Source of the DNA: Torpedo marmorata
Taxonomy: Eukaryota
Reading direction: 5' to 3'
NCBI GenBank assembly: GCA_977017645.1
Contig: OZ360246.1
Location: forward strand, 27,280,001-27,344,000
Length of the DNA stretch: 64,000 nucleotides
The notes under the pieces are model-generated. The model had not been told where the DNA came from. It was given only the letters and a program-made list of their open reading frames with translations, and searched no databases. A program made the position numbers and the translations under genes. Positions 38,145 through 50,012 of this stretch are shown here, one piece after another; the first letter of the stretch is position 1; every line of letters begins with the position of its first letter.

Positions 38145-38706
38145 AAAAAACACAAATGCTGGAGAACTCAGCAGGTCAAACAGTGTCTTTTATGTAGCAA
38201 AGGTAGAAATACATAACTGACGTTTCAGGCTTGAGCCCTTCTTCAAAGTATGAGAAAATGCCGGCAGACGTCCGAACAAAGGAGTGAGGGGGGAAGGGTG
38301 GGTGGGAAAGGCAGAAGATAATAGGTGGAGACAGGAGGGAGGGGACAGTAGCAAAGAGGGGGAGGAGGGATGGCTGGGTAGCTGGAGAAACACAGGAAGG
38401 ACACACCTGTCCTTCCTGTGTTTCTCCAGCTACCCAGCCATCCCTCCTCCCCCTCTTTGCTACTGTCCCCTCCCTCCTGTCTCCACCTATTATCTTCTGC
38501 CTTTCCCACCCACCCTTCCCCCCTCACTCCTTTGTTCGGACGTCTGCCGGCATTTTCTCATACTTTGAAGAAGGGCTCAAGCCTGAAACGTCAGTTATGT
38601 ATTTCTACCTTTGCTACATAAAAGACACTGTTTGACCTGCTGAGTTCTCCAGCATTTGTGTTTTTTACTACATTATTACGGTGTCTACAGATTTTCGTGT
38701 TTACTT
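38145..38706. mobile_element. Young Penelope-derived palindromic insertion
   Basis: Perfect inverted arms 38143-38403 and 38408-38668 with loop CACC. 13-bp TSD ACTAATTGGTGGT (38132-38144 and 38707-38719). Sequence is homologous to the 3' end of the PLE at 9161-10086. Confidence 0.92.
38559..38599 (+). ncRNA. Candidate minimal type I hammerhead ribozyme (PLE-associated)
   Basis: CATACT-[TTGAAGA]-A-GGGC-TCAA-GCCT-[GAAA]C-GTC^AGTTATG. Stem I and stem II are present, with a palindromic ACGT in place of stem III. Departs from the canonical core by C3>U and an extra A. A mirror copy lies on - at 38212-38252. Confidence 0.55.
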
Positions 38707-39577
38707 ACTAATTGGTGGTGGTCTCTCAGTAATACCTATGTCCCATAGCTCCCATTGTCCCATCACTGTTGGCCTGATGATTGCCTATGGCATTGTCACT
38801 TGTATTTCAGCATGTATCTCATCTGGAATTCTCTGGGCAAGACATCTGCAATTCCTTGGCTGAGTCATGTGCATTTTGATTTCCCCACGGTTCCAGCCTT
38901 TGTTACTTCCTAATTCATTGTAGTTTCAAATGGAGACTTGATGAAAGGCCAGTCATATAAAGTAGTTTATAAGGAATATTTGCCGCTCTTTGATTTGGAT
39001 TTGCCTGTGTGGTAAGATTGATGGAGAAACCAATGTGATGATCAGGAGGAGTCACTGAGTTTATTGAGTGGATACTTCTCATGATGTAAGCATCACATGA
39101 TTGTAATTGATTGAAAGAGGCAGTGAGTCACAGACCTTGTGTCAGAATTTGGCAGGATAATTGGGTGATTCACGAAAATGTCTGCCTGGCAGAATTTTCC
39201 GCATTTATGAATGTCAATGTTGCATTGTTTCAAATATGGTTGACTAGAATCTGTTGTGGCTTTGCTGATGATAAGGTTTTCAGATTAAATGAGGCACTCT
39301 TGAATTCAGCAAAAGCCACCAGATTAAATTCCATTGTATATCTGATTTGTGGAAAATTGAACGTGGAGTTGTCAAATAATCATTGCATTTAATTTGTTTA
39401 TTTACAGTTGAAGCAGACATGAGAAAAAACTTAGTCGTGAATTATATTGGGAATGTTTTTAACTTTGTTCCTCATTCCAAGAATGGCACATTTATCCCCA
39501 TTTGCCAGATGTCCTATTCAAATTGTGCCATATTTCTAAATTGAATCAGTCCTGCAATTGTTTTTAAAATATCTGCT

Positions 39578-39657
39578 TCCATTGTCACCATATAGCTGCT
39601 TGTCCATTGTCACCATATAGCTGCTTGTCCATTGTCACCATATAGCTGCTTGTCCAT
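39578..39657. repeat. Perfect tandem repeat, 3.2 x 25 bp
   Basis: (TCCATTGTCACCATATAGCTGCTTG)x3 followed by TCCAT. Confidence 0.97.
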
Positions 39658-39969
39658 GCCACTCATTCCCTGAAATAATATTTTCACAGATTTGTGATGA
39701 ATAGCTTGCTTTTGTACAGCTGTGGTTCTGGTTCTCTGAAGAAAGTGAAATAGCTGTTTTGTTGTACATCGAGTCTTTTTGGAATAATAATAAGTTAAAA
39801 TGTGTCTCTAAATTTCAAAATCTCTGAATTTAACATGTTTTCCAAATGTTCCTCATATATTAGGAGTTGATGGTCAGCTTGTTTTAAGTAATCACGAGGG
39901 CACTGGCTCTCCTCTGTTCACATTGGCATTGAATGATTTCGTTTCCTTCTTTATCAACTCCAACCGCAG

Positions 39970-40076
39970 CTCCAGGGTTACTTTGCTGCCTGTGAAGATG
40001 AAACGCCGTCAATTCGAAACCATGACAAGGTTCTACAAAAGCTATGTGAACACCTGGACCATGCCCTGCTATATGG
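39970..40076 (+). CDS. PLEKHM2: PLEKHM2 exon 2 (RUN domain region)
   Basis: cAG|LQGYFAACEDETPSIRNHDKVLQKLCEHLDHALLYG|GTGAG; 107 nt, phase 0-2. Confidence 0.96.
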
Positions 40077-40440
40077 GTGAGGAAGAACTTCACAAGATTT
40101 AGTAGGATTTTACCATAGTTCTTGAGTACATATCAAAGTAGTTGATCATTCCTTGTTTGCAGTCATTGAATAAGATTACAGTTGAGTTGAGCTTTATTCT
40201 GATTTCTCTTGTGCATTGTGTCCAAGACAATTCCCACGACCAAGTTCATGCTTCCTAGTAGCTGGAATGTGCTAACCTATTAGTGTACTCAATGGCATAT
40301 TTTAAGACCATAACCTGTGTCCACATCCATGATGTAAAACTACTGTGAAGCCTTGCTTTCTAAAATTTTCATATTTCTTTCACATAAGCTTCAAATATAA
40401 TAATACAAAAATAAGTGAACTACAGTAAGGTTATTCTTGA

Positions 40441-40771
40441 GCAATGCACAAAAGTGCTGGAGAAACTCAGCAGGTCATGCAGCATCTATAGGAAGTAGAG
40501 GGTAACCGATGTTTTGGGCCTGAGCCCTTCGTTAAGACCTGCTGAGTTTCTCCAGCACTTTTGTGTATTAAAAAGGTTCCATTATTATCACGTAATACTA
40601 CATTTAGAATGTAACATACATGAAATTCTTTAACTTTGTCTACCGTTAGGAAGACAGAGTCGCCACTTTGTCCAGCGCCCCTCACAGAAATGCGACCCCT
40701 GGTTTACAAGACCAGTGCTCTAACCATATTGCACTATAATCACAGTGTCTGCAGACTTTCCTATTTAACTC
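40441..40771. mobile_element. Palindromic pLTR insertion containing a nested chimeric SINE
   Basis: Arms cacaaaagtgctggagaaactcagcaggtc / gacctgctgagtttctccagcacttttgtg. 15-bp TSD TAAGGTTATTCTTGA (40426-40440 and 40772-40786). Confidence 0.85.
40570..40726 (-). mobile_element. Chimeric retroposon: tRNA-Thr(UGU) fragment joined to the SINE3 body and tail
   Basis: Reverse complement of 40692-40726 is TGGTTAGAGCACTGGTCTTGTAAACCAGGGGTCGC, the D arm through variable loop of vertebrate tRNA-Thr-TGT as I recall it. It joins the tttctgtgaggggcgctggac body. TSD TATT. Confidence 0.8.
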
Positions 40772-41193
40772 TAAGGTTATTCTTGATATGGTTCCCTTTC
40801 CATTTGAAATTCAGCCATCAATTTAGCATATAATTAGATTCATCTCGTGCATAAACAGTTTTTCAGAACAAAAGAAGGAGGTATATTCAGTTGAAAGCAT
40901 GAGCTTACATTAATATATAGTTTCATCACACCTTGGCTCCAGCTATACATTATCTTGAAAAAGATCCTGCCAAAATGATTTGTCTAGAAATGTAGCAAAA
41001 GAAGTGTTTAAAAATAAATTGTGATGACCAAAATGCTTTGTTTGCTGAATACTGACATCATTTAGTCATCTATCATAGCAATGCCTTTGATATTTCTGAC
41101 ACTTGTACTTGCTAGGTCTTAGTTCTGTCAACAAGTACCGGTACATATTTTCAGTTAGAAGCAATCTCTTCAATGAATGAAATTTTCCATTGA

Positions 41194-41382
41194 CGCTTTG
41201 GACTTCGTGTCCCTGTTTTCCAGGACTACCAACAAGCGCATATACTCCGTGTCCCAGTTTTTTGGGGCTGGTTTTGCCCCAACCACCAGCTGGTTCATAC
41301 TGGTGTTCGTACTGTAGTTTACCTATGGACCCAGTCCGGAGTATATATTATGAAAGGTTAAAAATGGTCAGGGTCCAAAGGG
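41194..41382. mobile_element. piggyBac-like MITE, degenerate copy
   Basis: TTGA|cgctttggac...gtccaaaggg|TTAA; homologous to 50519-50748. Confidence 0.75.
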
Positions 41383-42128
41383 TTAATCCTTTGCTAAACT
41401 GAAGCATTCTCTTAAAAAGCTAGTGAATATCCTTTAAAACTCTAACCCATCTGATCTTTCTGTATAAATTAACGCACACCGAAATGGAGTGAAGTGTAGC
41501 CCTCGAGAAAGTTTCACACAAAACCAGTCATCTTTGTTGGAATGCAATACATTGCCAAAACTACAGTCTGAATTTTCAATAACAATTGGTCATTTTTTAA
41601 TCTTGTTAGAGCTTCTGAATTATATAACTACATAGAAAAATAATTAACAGTTTTATATCAACACAATGAAAGAAAATTACATTTTCTTTAAAATTACATT
41701 TTACAAAACTACATTCCCAGTGCGCTTTTGAGATTTTTGTTTTAATAGCAGTTCCTACTTTCACCTTTTTATTTTGAAATTGGGAAAGTTGTTGTTGATG
41801 ATCAGTTGTTGATGATCCGCTAATTCCATTGTGTGGTACGTGCTGGGGCCAAGCTCTCAAAGTGTGATTATTATAACTGACACCTCTACAATTTGAACAA
41901 AGCACAAGTATGCAGATCCCGTCTGCTCTCATTGTTCGTTTATGCAAAGCTCTAGAATTTGTACAATGCACAAGGTATGTGGACGGGTTCAGTCTGCTCT
42001 CGTTGTATTTTTATATAAACCTGACAATGACTATTTGTGAAGTAATTCAGGTGTTCCACTTAGATGATAAATTGTTTTAGTGCGTCCATGAATGCTTCTG
42101 GTTATTATCGTATTTTATCCCCATTCAG

Positions 42129-42238
42129 TTTGCAGGATATTTCCTCTGGGTATTGGGTGTTGGTTGTGCACTTTACCCGCAGTGATGCAGTGAAGCAGAT
42201 TGAGGTGTTGCAGCATGTTGCCACAAATCTTGGGCGTA
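42129..42238 (+). CDS. PLEKHM2: PLEKHM2 exon 3
   Basis: cAG|LQDISSGYWVLVVHFTRSDAVKQIEVLQHVATNLGR(S)|GTAAGT; 110 nt, phase 2-1. Confidence 0.97.
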
Positions 42239-42564
42239 GTAAGTATCGTGCTCTGTAGAAGTAATCTACACCATAACTCTTGAGTTTGTAGCATTAATTT
42301 TAAAATTAAACTATTTGTTTCCTTGGATATGTATTTTTTCCAGTTATTTTTCATCCTTTTTAAAATCTCATGTGTTCTCCATCATGGAGCTATCTCAACC
42401 ATGTATGTCCTGTTGTTAAGTAGTGCACATACACTACCTTTTACAGCAGATTAGAAAGGGGAACTTTTTTGTAAACAACCACTCAACTGAGCAGTTTTGA
42501 GACCCAATGCAAACCCATTTAATTCCATTTTTTGTTTTTTACATTGTCTTTTTATTCCCCTCAG

Positions 42565-42664
42565 GTCGAGCCTGGTTGTATCTTGCATTAAATGAGAATT
42601 CATTAGAGAGCTACTTGCGGTTATTCTGGGAAAATCAGACCCTGCTTCATAAGTATTACTTCAA
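42565..42664 (+). CDS. PLEKHM2: PLEKHM2 exon 4
   Basis: cAG|RAWLYLALNENSLESYLRLFWENQTLLHKYYF(K)|GTAAGT, containing the RUN-domain RAW motif; 100 nt, phase 1-2. Confidence 0.97.
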
Positions 42665-43499
42665 GTAAGTCCATCTTGGTTAGATCAAGTAGAATTATCA
42701 AGACTTTCAGCAGATGACTCTGGAATGAATGATTAACTGTAGATTGTAAGAATATAGATGTAAGAGGTCATCTTGCCCATCAGGCTTGCTGTGCAAATTT
42801 CTCTTGTGGCACTGTGGGGCAGGCTTAAAAAAAACTGGTGTGATGTGAAACACACGTCGCAATAGGAATTTGATGTTGGATAGTTTCTGATGTGATAGTT
42901 TGTTATTCCGCACTCCTCTCCTTAAAATAAAATCCTCAAATTGCAAGGGAAAATTCATCTAATATTATTGGGTTTTTTTTTTAGGAAAGTACAAAATTTC
43001 AGGAGCATAGCATTTTGGGAGATTACACAAGGATGGGGTCACAGCAAGAAGGGAAAGTCAAATTATTATTAACTGCCAGAAAGGTATACTGGGGGTCGCC
43101 AAATTCTGGCGATAAGTGAGTGTAAAGATGAGCTTGTTAGTGTTGACTCTTGCACCCCCAGTTAGTGTTTTAGAGAGCTGGTTAGGTAGGAACCACTTTT
43201 TTTTTCTTTCTTGGAACGACAGCCACACTTGCAGGAATTATCCCCAATGAGAAAGCATGGTGTAACAGCACTGATTTACCACAGCTTTCAAACAAATAAA
43301 GAATACACTCACTCGTTTCTTTCAGCACACCATGAAGTCGACTTTCCTTATTATTCACTAGACACAACATTGCATTCTTCAACTCCCCAAACGCCACCCA
43401 GCTAAACCCCTCTGACCTTCTCATTAGCTCACTGCCACACGGGTGATCCTGACACTCTCACTCTCTTCCTCCTGCATCTGAGATCCATCACCCGTATAC

Positions 43500-43612
43500 T
43501 GACGCTTAACATACCCGCGCAGGCACGTTATTACTCGCGCGTCGCATCGCTTACGTCATCAGTGGCGACCGGCACCGCTCCCGACGAAGGTAAGTACGCG
43601 ACCGCGACCATA
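43500..43612 (+). promoter_or_regulatory. Small intronic CpG cluster with ATF/CRE-like site and consensus splice donor (candidate alternative first exon)
   Basis: Dense CpG in an otherwise CpG-poor intron. TTACGTCA at 43551-43558; AAG|GTAAGT with GT at 43590-43591. Confidence 0.45.
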
Positions 43613-44419
43613 GCTTGTGCACACTTTTTCCAGTCTGGGTTAATATCCTAACCAGCAGTTTCGTAGCATTGAAACTAGAGTTGTCGTTATAACTGCATAT
43701 ACTTCATTTCTATTATTTTTATCTTGTGGAATATTAAGGCCCAAAACCTGAAGAAAGCACATTGTGCTCACACTGTAATCATACACTTAACAGGTTCTCA
43801 TCAATAAGATTGTATCTGCTGGATGAAAGCTTCCAGCACACCTTTGGTAAGGGTCTCCATGGCAGCAAAACCATGCACGTCATGATTCAGTCACATCAAC
43901 GGAACAGAATTGTTGCACCCCAGAACTGCAGGAACAGCTATAACAGTTGATAAAGCTATAGTCCCATCTTTGCCATTTGTGAAAGCTATCAAGTTTTTAA
44001 AATGTTTTTAAATGCTCTAGTTATTTAGAAGAATTCTTAAAATATGAAATATCAAACTGTGAAATTAATTAAAGACTGTCAACTTTTAAATAATTAAAAA
44101 CATTGAACAAAATTCACAGAATTTAAAACATAATTTTACCATCCATAAAATCATAATTCAAAAGTATTACCTCACAAATTCTGGGCCAGGTCTAACCTGA
44201 CGTTTTGCGAACATGTTCCCTGGTGCAAGTGTTGTTTTGAGGTGCCTAGTGCCAGGGATCTGGTTATCATTTCTGTTTCAGTTGTCAGTTTATAAACCCC
44301 ACTGTGCATGAAAGAATATCCAAAGCAAGCCTCCACTTTTGCAGCATAACAAATGTATATACCTTGTTTTATGTAAAAGGTGATGGTCTTATTGATCTGT
44401 GTTTCATTCAAATCCTAAG

Positions 44420-44507
44420 GAATGCCCTGGTCTGTAGTCATGATCACTTGACCCTCTTCCTCACACTTGTTTCTGGTCTGGAATTCATCAGATTTGAATT
44501 GGAGCTG
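44420..44507 (+). CDS. PLEKHM2: PLEKHM2 exon 5
   Basis: aAG|NALVCSHDHLTLFLTLVSGLEFIRFELEL|GTAAG; 88 nt, phase 2-0. Confidence 0.96.
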
Positions 44508-45264
44508 GTAAGAAAAATGCCACCTTTAAAGCACTGAAAAGAATAATGTAAATAGTTAATTTGGCCATTTATGCAGAGGAGAGGTGAATGGTCAGTAGTT
44601 CTTAAGCAAGAAAATGTTTTCCTTAGTGTTAATTTAGAGCTATGAGAAAACAGCAGGGGGTAATTGTATAACTCATTTAAAAAGCCAGTACTCGGTTGAA
44701 TGACCTTTGTCATGATTGGAAATGTACGATAAATGTGTGCACTTGAAAAATATCTCCCAGTGCCTGGTTGCACTAAGCCTTTCTTTGTTCCAAACAGTTC
44801 CTGATGTAGACTTTCACAGAGCTGTTTTCAACCTGGAAGCAAAGTTACCAAGAATGGCTTTAACATTGTATTTGAGTTTAGGGATTCCTAGCAAATGTAG
44901 CTGCCTTCGAAGCAGCCATCAATAGCCAGTATAAATTATGTGATTTGTTCAGAGTAAAAATAGGTTTATTGTATCACGTAGTATTAGTGATTGTATACGG
45001 TCTATGGAAAGCTCTGGTATAATGAACTGAAATGCCTTCCACTTCATTATATTCTGATATCCTGTAATGCTGTTTGATTTTAAATGTAAATTATCCCTGT
45101 TAAAAAGCACCCTGAGCTATTCATTCTGGAGAGCCAGTCGGTTAAAATGCAGGTTTTGTCAACAGGATTTATTTTGTATTTGATCTTCACAAAAACATTG
45201 TAAAATGTTTGGTTTAGGTCACTGTCCACTCTTTAAGCAATTTGTTTTGTTTTTCTAATTCTAG

Positions 45265-45451
45265 GATGTTCCTTACCTTGACTTGGCGCCATACATGCCT
45301 GAATATTACAAGCCACAGCACTTGCTAGACTTTGAAGAGCGTTTGCCCAATTCTATGCATGGTTCTGACAGCCTCTCACTCAATTCATACAACTCTATCA
45401 CCTCTACCAATCTGGAATGGGATGATAGTGCCATCGCACCCTCCAGTGAGG
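45265..45451 (+). CDS. PLEKHM2: PLEKHM2 exon 6 (kinesin-light-chain-binding LEWDD motif)
   Basis: tAG|DVPYLDLAPYMPEYYKPQ...TSTNLEWDDSAIAPSSE|GTAAGT; 187 nt. W falls at codon 207 of the assembled CDS. Confidence 0.97.
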
Positions 45452-48400
45452 GTAAGTGTCAGGTTTTGCTTTAACCAAACAGAGCTTTTAAATCTAATTA
45501 CGAACACCTTCCTCTTACATTAAGTAATATCCTTGAGCACTAAACTGATTTTGATGAGGGTTTGGACCGAATAGATGGTATACGTTAAATTTCTATTAAG
45601 TGCCAGCGTCACTTCTGGGAATACCTGGCCAGTGCTTCAAAATGAAGGCTGTGCATTATGAGAGTAGTCATGCCTGCGATGTCTTTTGTGACAGAATAAG
45701 CCTATTGATACTTGCAATCTCAGCATCTGAGTGGAATAAAATGGCAAGTACATCAAGTGTCAGGAAGCGAGATAAATGAAGGGTTATTGATTTTGATGCT
45801 TTTCCACATGCTGTGCATTTCTATTAAGGGAGTGAGGGATTTCTTTTGATTGTTATTTAGTAAAATCTTCAAAGCAATTATCATTAGCAGAGATAATGTT
45901 TTAATTTCTAACCTGATGATCAGGGAGAAATGCATGTACCACAAAATAATTCTGGAAATAATAGCCAAAATAAATAGAGTTATTCAAAATGTACATATAC
46001 CTTCGCAATGAGGAAATGACTTTATTCTGTCTTTGTCAGCACTCTTCATATAGGGTGTTGTACTGCAGTGGGCCTTTTTATGAATTCATAACATTTGCAT
46101 TGTTCAATGGCCAGATTGTGTATGTTCTCTGGGACCTATGTGGTTTAGCACATTCAGTTTGCATAGTTGTGGATTTGCAATAGGCTAATGGAAGATAGTT
46201 CACCAGAGGCATAGGTTCTAACATATCTCCCATGCTGTTTACAACAGTAACTTGCATCCATATTCTGGTATCATTCTCTAGTTTTCAATGATGGATAGAA
46301 GTCGCTTGTGAAAGTTGGGGAGAGTTACGCCTTGTTTGGTGTGCTTGAACTATATGATTTTGTTACAAGTACGAACAAATGGTAAATGTAAATTTGTCTC
46401 AATTTCTGTGAGCACTCTTTGAAATTAGTGTGCTTACTGAGTGTTCTAAAGAACAGTAACTAAACATTGGATCCACATTGTAACTAGGAATACAAGGAGC
46501 TGTCAAATGCTGTGCTGTCCTTGGCACAAGTCAAGTGTGTGAAAGCTGGACTATCATATTGCCCATTCACCATCAGCTGGTGACACCTGTACCTGTGCCA
46601 TGATGGGACCCAACAATCAATTTATTAAGCTGCAGACAAAACCCTTATTTTGTTTTTCTGCCTTCTGTGCAGTCCATGCCATGCATATCATGAACTCTGA
46701 ATCTTTTCAAGTTAAGGTTCATTTTTTACTGTATGTCAAGAAATCCACCTCCATAAAATGGGTGCAGCACTACCATCACAAGAATGCTTCAGACACATCA
46801 ACTACAGTACCTTGATCCAGAGTATGCCAGTGGCACACTTTGACATATCGCTGCAACCTGTGGAAATTTCATCACGTAGAACCTTAACCTTATGAAGCAG
46901 GCTTGGAAGGCTAAGTATTGGGGTAGAGAAATTTATTATTGAATCAACAGGATTTCTTGATCTTTCTAATGCTTTCAGCAGTCAACTTTGTATATCCTGA
47001 CATTTGATGTATGTGCTATAATTTCATCAAAAGGACAATAATTTCTAATGTGGAACAATTCCTCATCTTGTTTTGGACATTTGCTGGTGCTTCGTCAAAA
47101 CCTTAGTCTTGGCCAGTTGCACTGCAGCAATTAACCAACATCTTGCCAGTGGCATTAAGGAAAGGAATTAAATGCTGGCCTTGTCTGCAATGTCCTTTCC
47201 GGATAAAAATAAACTAAGATTTTAGTGCAGTGAAGTATCATGCTGAGGAAGGTTCATATTCGACACTATCACCAGCAAAATCATGGTGTTGGCCAGTGGT
47301 TCTGGCTGTGTCTCTAAGTGACAACCTACACACTTGCAGCAACATCTAAAACACTCACTCCCACAAATGTGCAAAGGGAACATCCTATACATCATAACCT
47401 ACCCTAAATTCTAAGAAAAGACTTTGTCTCGCTAGGCACTGCAGCTGATACCATGATATTAATGTAGCATTAGTAAGAAGTTTTTTTTTTTGTGTTGCAT
47501 TTGATCTCTGTCGTTTCTAACCTATTAAAAGGAAAGGATTTAGCATATCAGAGGGGAATGCGGATGTAATGAATTGAAAGGGAATATAACAAATCAATAA
47601 TTTGAACAGATAAAGGTAAGTCATAATCAGTTGATGAAGATTGCAAGAGAACTGATTTAAAAAAAATATATATTGAAACCATGCTTTAATTGTGGAAATC
47701 CATAATGGATGTTAATGACACTGTAAATTAAAGAAGACACCGAGGAAGATGAAGGAACCCACTGGCACACGGGATGGAGACATCGATTTATCGTTATACG
47801 TTGTGTGGATTGCGTCCAGCCTGCAGTTGAAATGATCTACACCACTTGCACCAAATATCTCTTAATTCTACAAACTCCTTAAGATTGAATTTATCTACCA
47901 AACGCTAACTTACTAAATGGGAAAATAAAGCCATGAAATGGCATATCATCCCATTGCCAATCTCTGTATAGTGTGAACATTTTTACATTTGTTCCTGCAG
48001 TGCGTTGGAGGGACAGCAATTTTACAGGGCCACGTGCAGGTATGTACCATCTTCTCTGAGAAGAGACAGAATATTTCCCTATCACCTTGGAGATGCAGAT
48101 CAGACTTTTGCCTGTCAACATCACAAATACCGGTATATAGAATCCAATGATTTGGCTACTGAATCCTTTCCTTTCTTTACAAAAATGCAGAATAAATTAT
48201 TAGGACTTGGATTTCTCAGGTCAGGAGAATTGATGTCAAAGAAACAAAGACTTTATGATGCTGTGATACCAGTAAAACTAAGATTCAACATAAAAGTGAA
48301 GATGAACATTGTGATAAAAGTAAAAACACCATGCTGGAGAAACTCAGCAGGTCAAACAGTGTACTTTCTATAGTAAAGAAAAATATACATCACCAACATT

Positions 48401-50012
48401 TCGGGCTATTGTGATTTTTATCTTCAAAATAAGATGGTCTGAATAGAGTCCTCATTGTGGTAACAGTGATGCCAGTGCATTGAATAGCCTTTCAACATAT
48501 TTCTTTGAAAATATGATGGGTGGGAAATACGAAATTGAAAAGCCTTGACTTGAGCTTTAACCGAACCCTCAACCATCGGAACAGTTGTGAAGATGACACC
48601 AAATGTTTGAGTTTGGTTTAAAAATAGCAGTAAATAGTGGGTTTGTTGGGGGAAACTGGATTGCCGAGATAATACGAGTTGTTGCTTTTCAAACAGATTT
48701 TATCACATTGATAGATGGAAGATAGTTCTCAGTCATATTATGCTGTTTCATGTTCTGACCCTTGTGTTATTTACACAGTCATCTAATGTCTCCCTCAAAG
48801 AATGAATTCCTTCTATATTAGGATCTTTCATATTAGAGTTCCCACACTGAGTAAATAGATATGAGAATAGAGATCAAGATCTAATGAGAACTTTTTAATT
48901 GTTGCTTCATTAAGGAGATCTGTGTAATACTGCAGCTGTTATTTTATCCTTGATATAATACCATGCTTGTATCTGGCCTGTGTGCGTGTGAGGGACTGAA
49001 GGTAGTGTACCTGTGGAGCTTCCTGCTATTGTGAGTTAACAGTTTTAGAATTCGGATCAAACATTACAGGATGGATTAATTCCAATGATTTTCAAACTAC
49101 TTTGCACTGTCCCAAGACTTTGAGGTGCTGTTTGAAGCTTTTGTCAAAAGTGCATGTGTACTTGAGCCACTGTACATGTGGTAACCGTGCATTTTACATT
49201 TCAGATATTTTGTTTTAAATTCATGGGATTTTGTCATTGTGAGCCAGGGCTCAAATTTCCATTGAGAAGTTTTTATGTAGGTACTTCCGCTGATCTTTTT
49301 GGAGTTTCAGCATTTTAGCACGCCAGAATGTAGCATATGAACTATTAGGTTGAAGATTGTAGTTAACTAAACTAAGCTCAATTACATTATTTATCACAAG
49401 CACAAAGTATATTGGACCTACGTCAACCAGTAGTTGCTCTCTGATTTTTTTTTTCCAAGTGTTTAGTTTAAAGGGGAATTTGTGTATGTATTAAGTGCTC
49501 AAACCTCTGATCTTGCTTTATTCTAGTGAGTTCTGCACTATTCAAGATAAAATATTAAGTGATACGAATGGCGCTTTTACTTATTTCAGTACTCTGTATC
49601 ATCAGGTTAGATGTAAAGTAAAAATAGCTTCCATCTGAAACAAAATAACATTTCACTTTTTCAATTTCTGTTTTAAGTGAGATTGTCAGTTAAGGAATAG
49701 TTTTGTAAAAGGATTGGGTTGAGATCAACTAATGGAACTTTCAATTACAAACTTTCAAACCCAAAGTTCTTGGAAATGTAAAAAAAATTGTTCTCTGCTC
49801 TTAAAGGAAAGACAGGTGCTCAGTATTGTAGGTCAACACAATACAGATGGTTGAAGGGCCAGTCTGAATGGATTTATCTGTAGGTGGAGTGAAATTGCCA
49901 AGGATGTTTTTACTTCTGAAATAAGATGGGGATGTCATATTATTTGACGGTGGTTTGTACAGTTACCGATTTTTTTTTTTTTTTTTTTTTCTTTCTCCTC
50001 TTTCAATTATAG

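Noticed and set aside
38176-38621. Mirror-image ORFs on both strands as a real gene, or the palindrome as an assembly artefact
   Set aside because: The ORFs follow trivially from the palindrome. An artefact is disfavoured because a 13-bp TSD and an asymmetric terminal extension are present, though reads should confirm.
40692-40726. Functional tRNA-Thr gene
   Set aside because: Only 35 nt; the acceptor stem and T arm/B box are absent.
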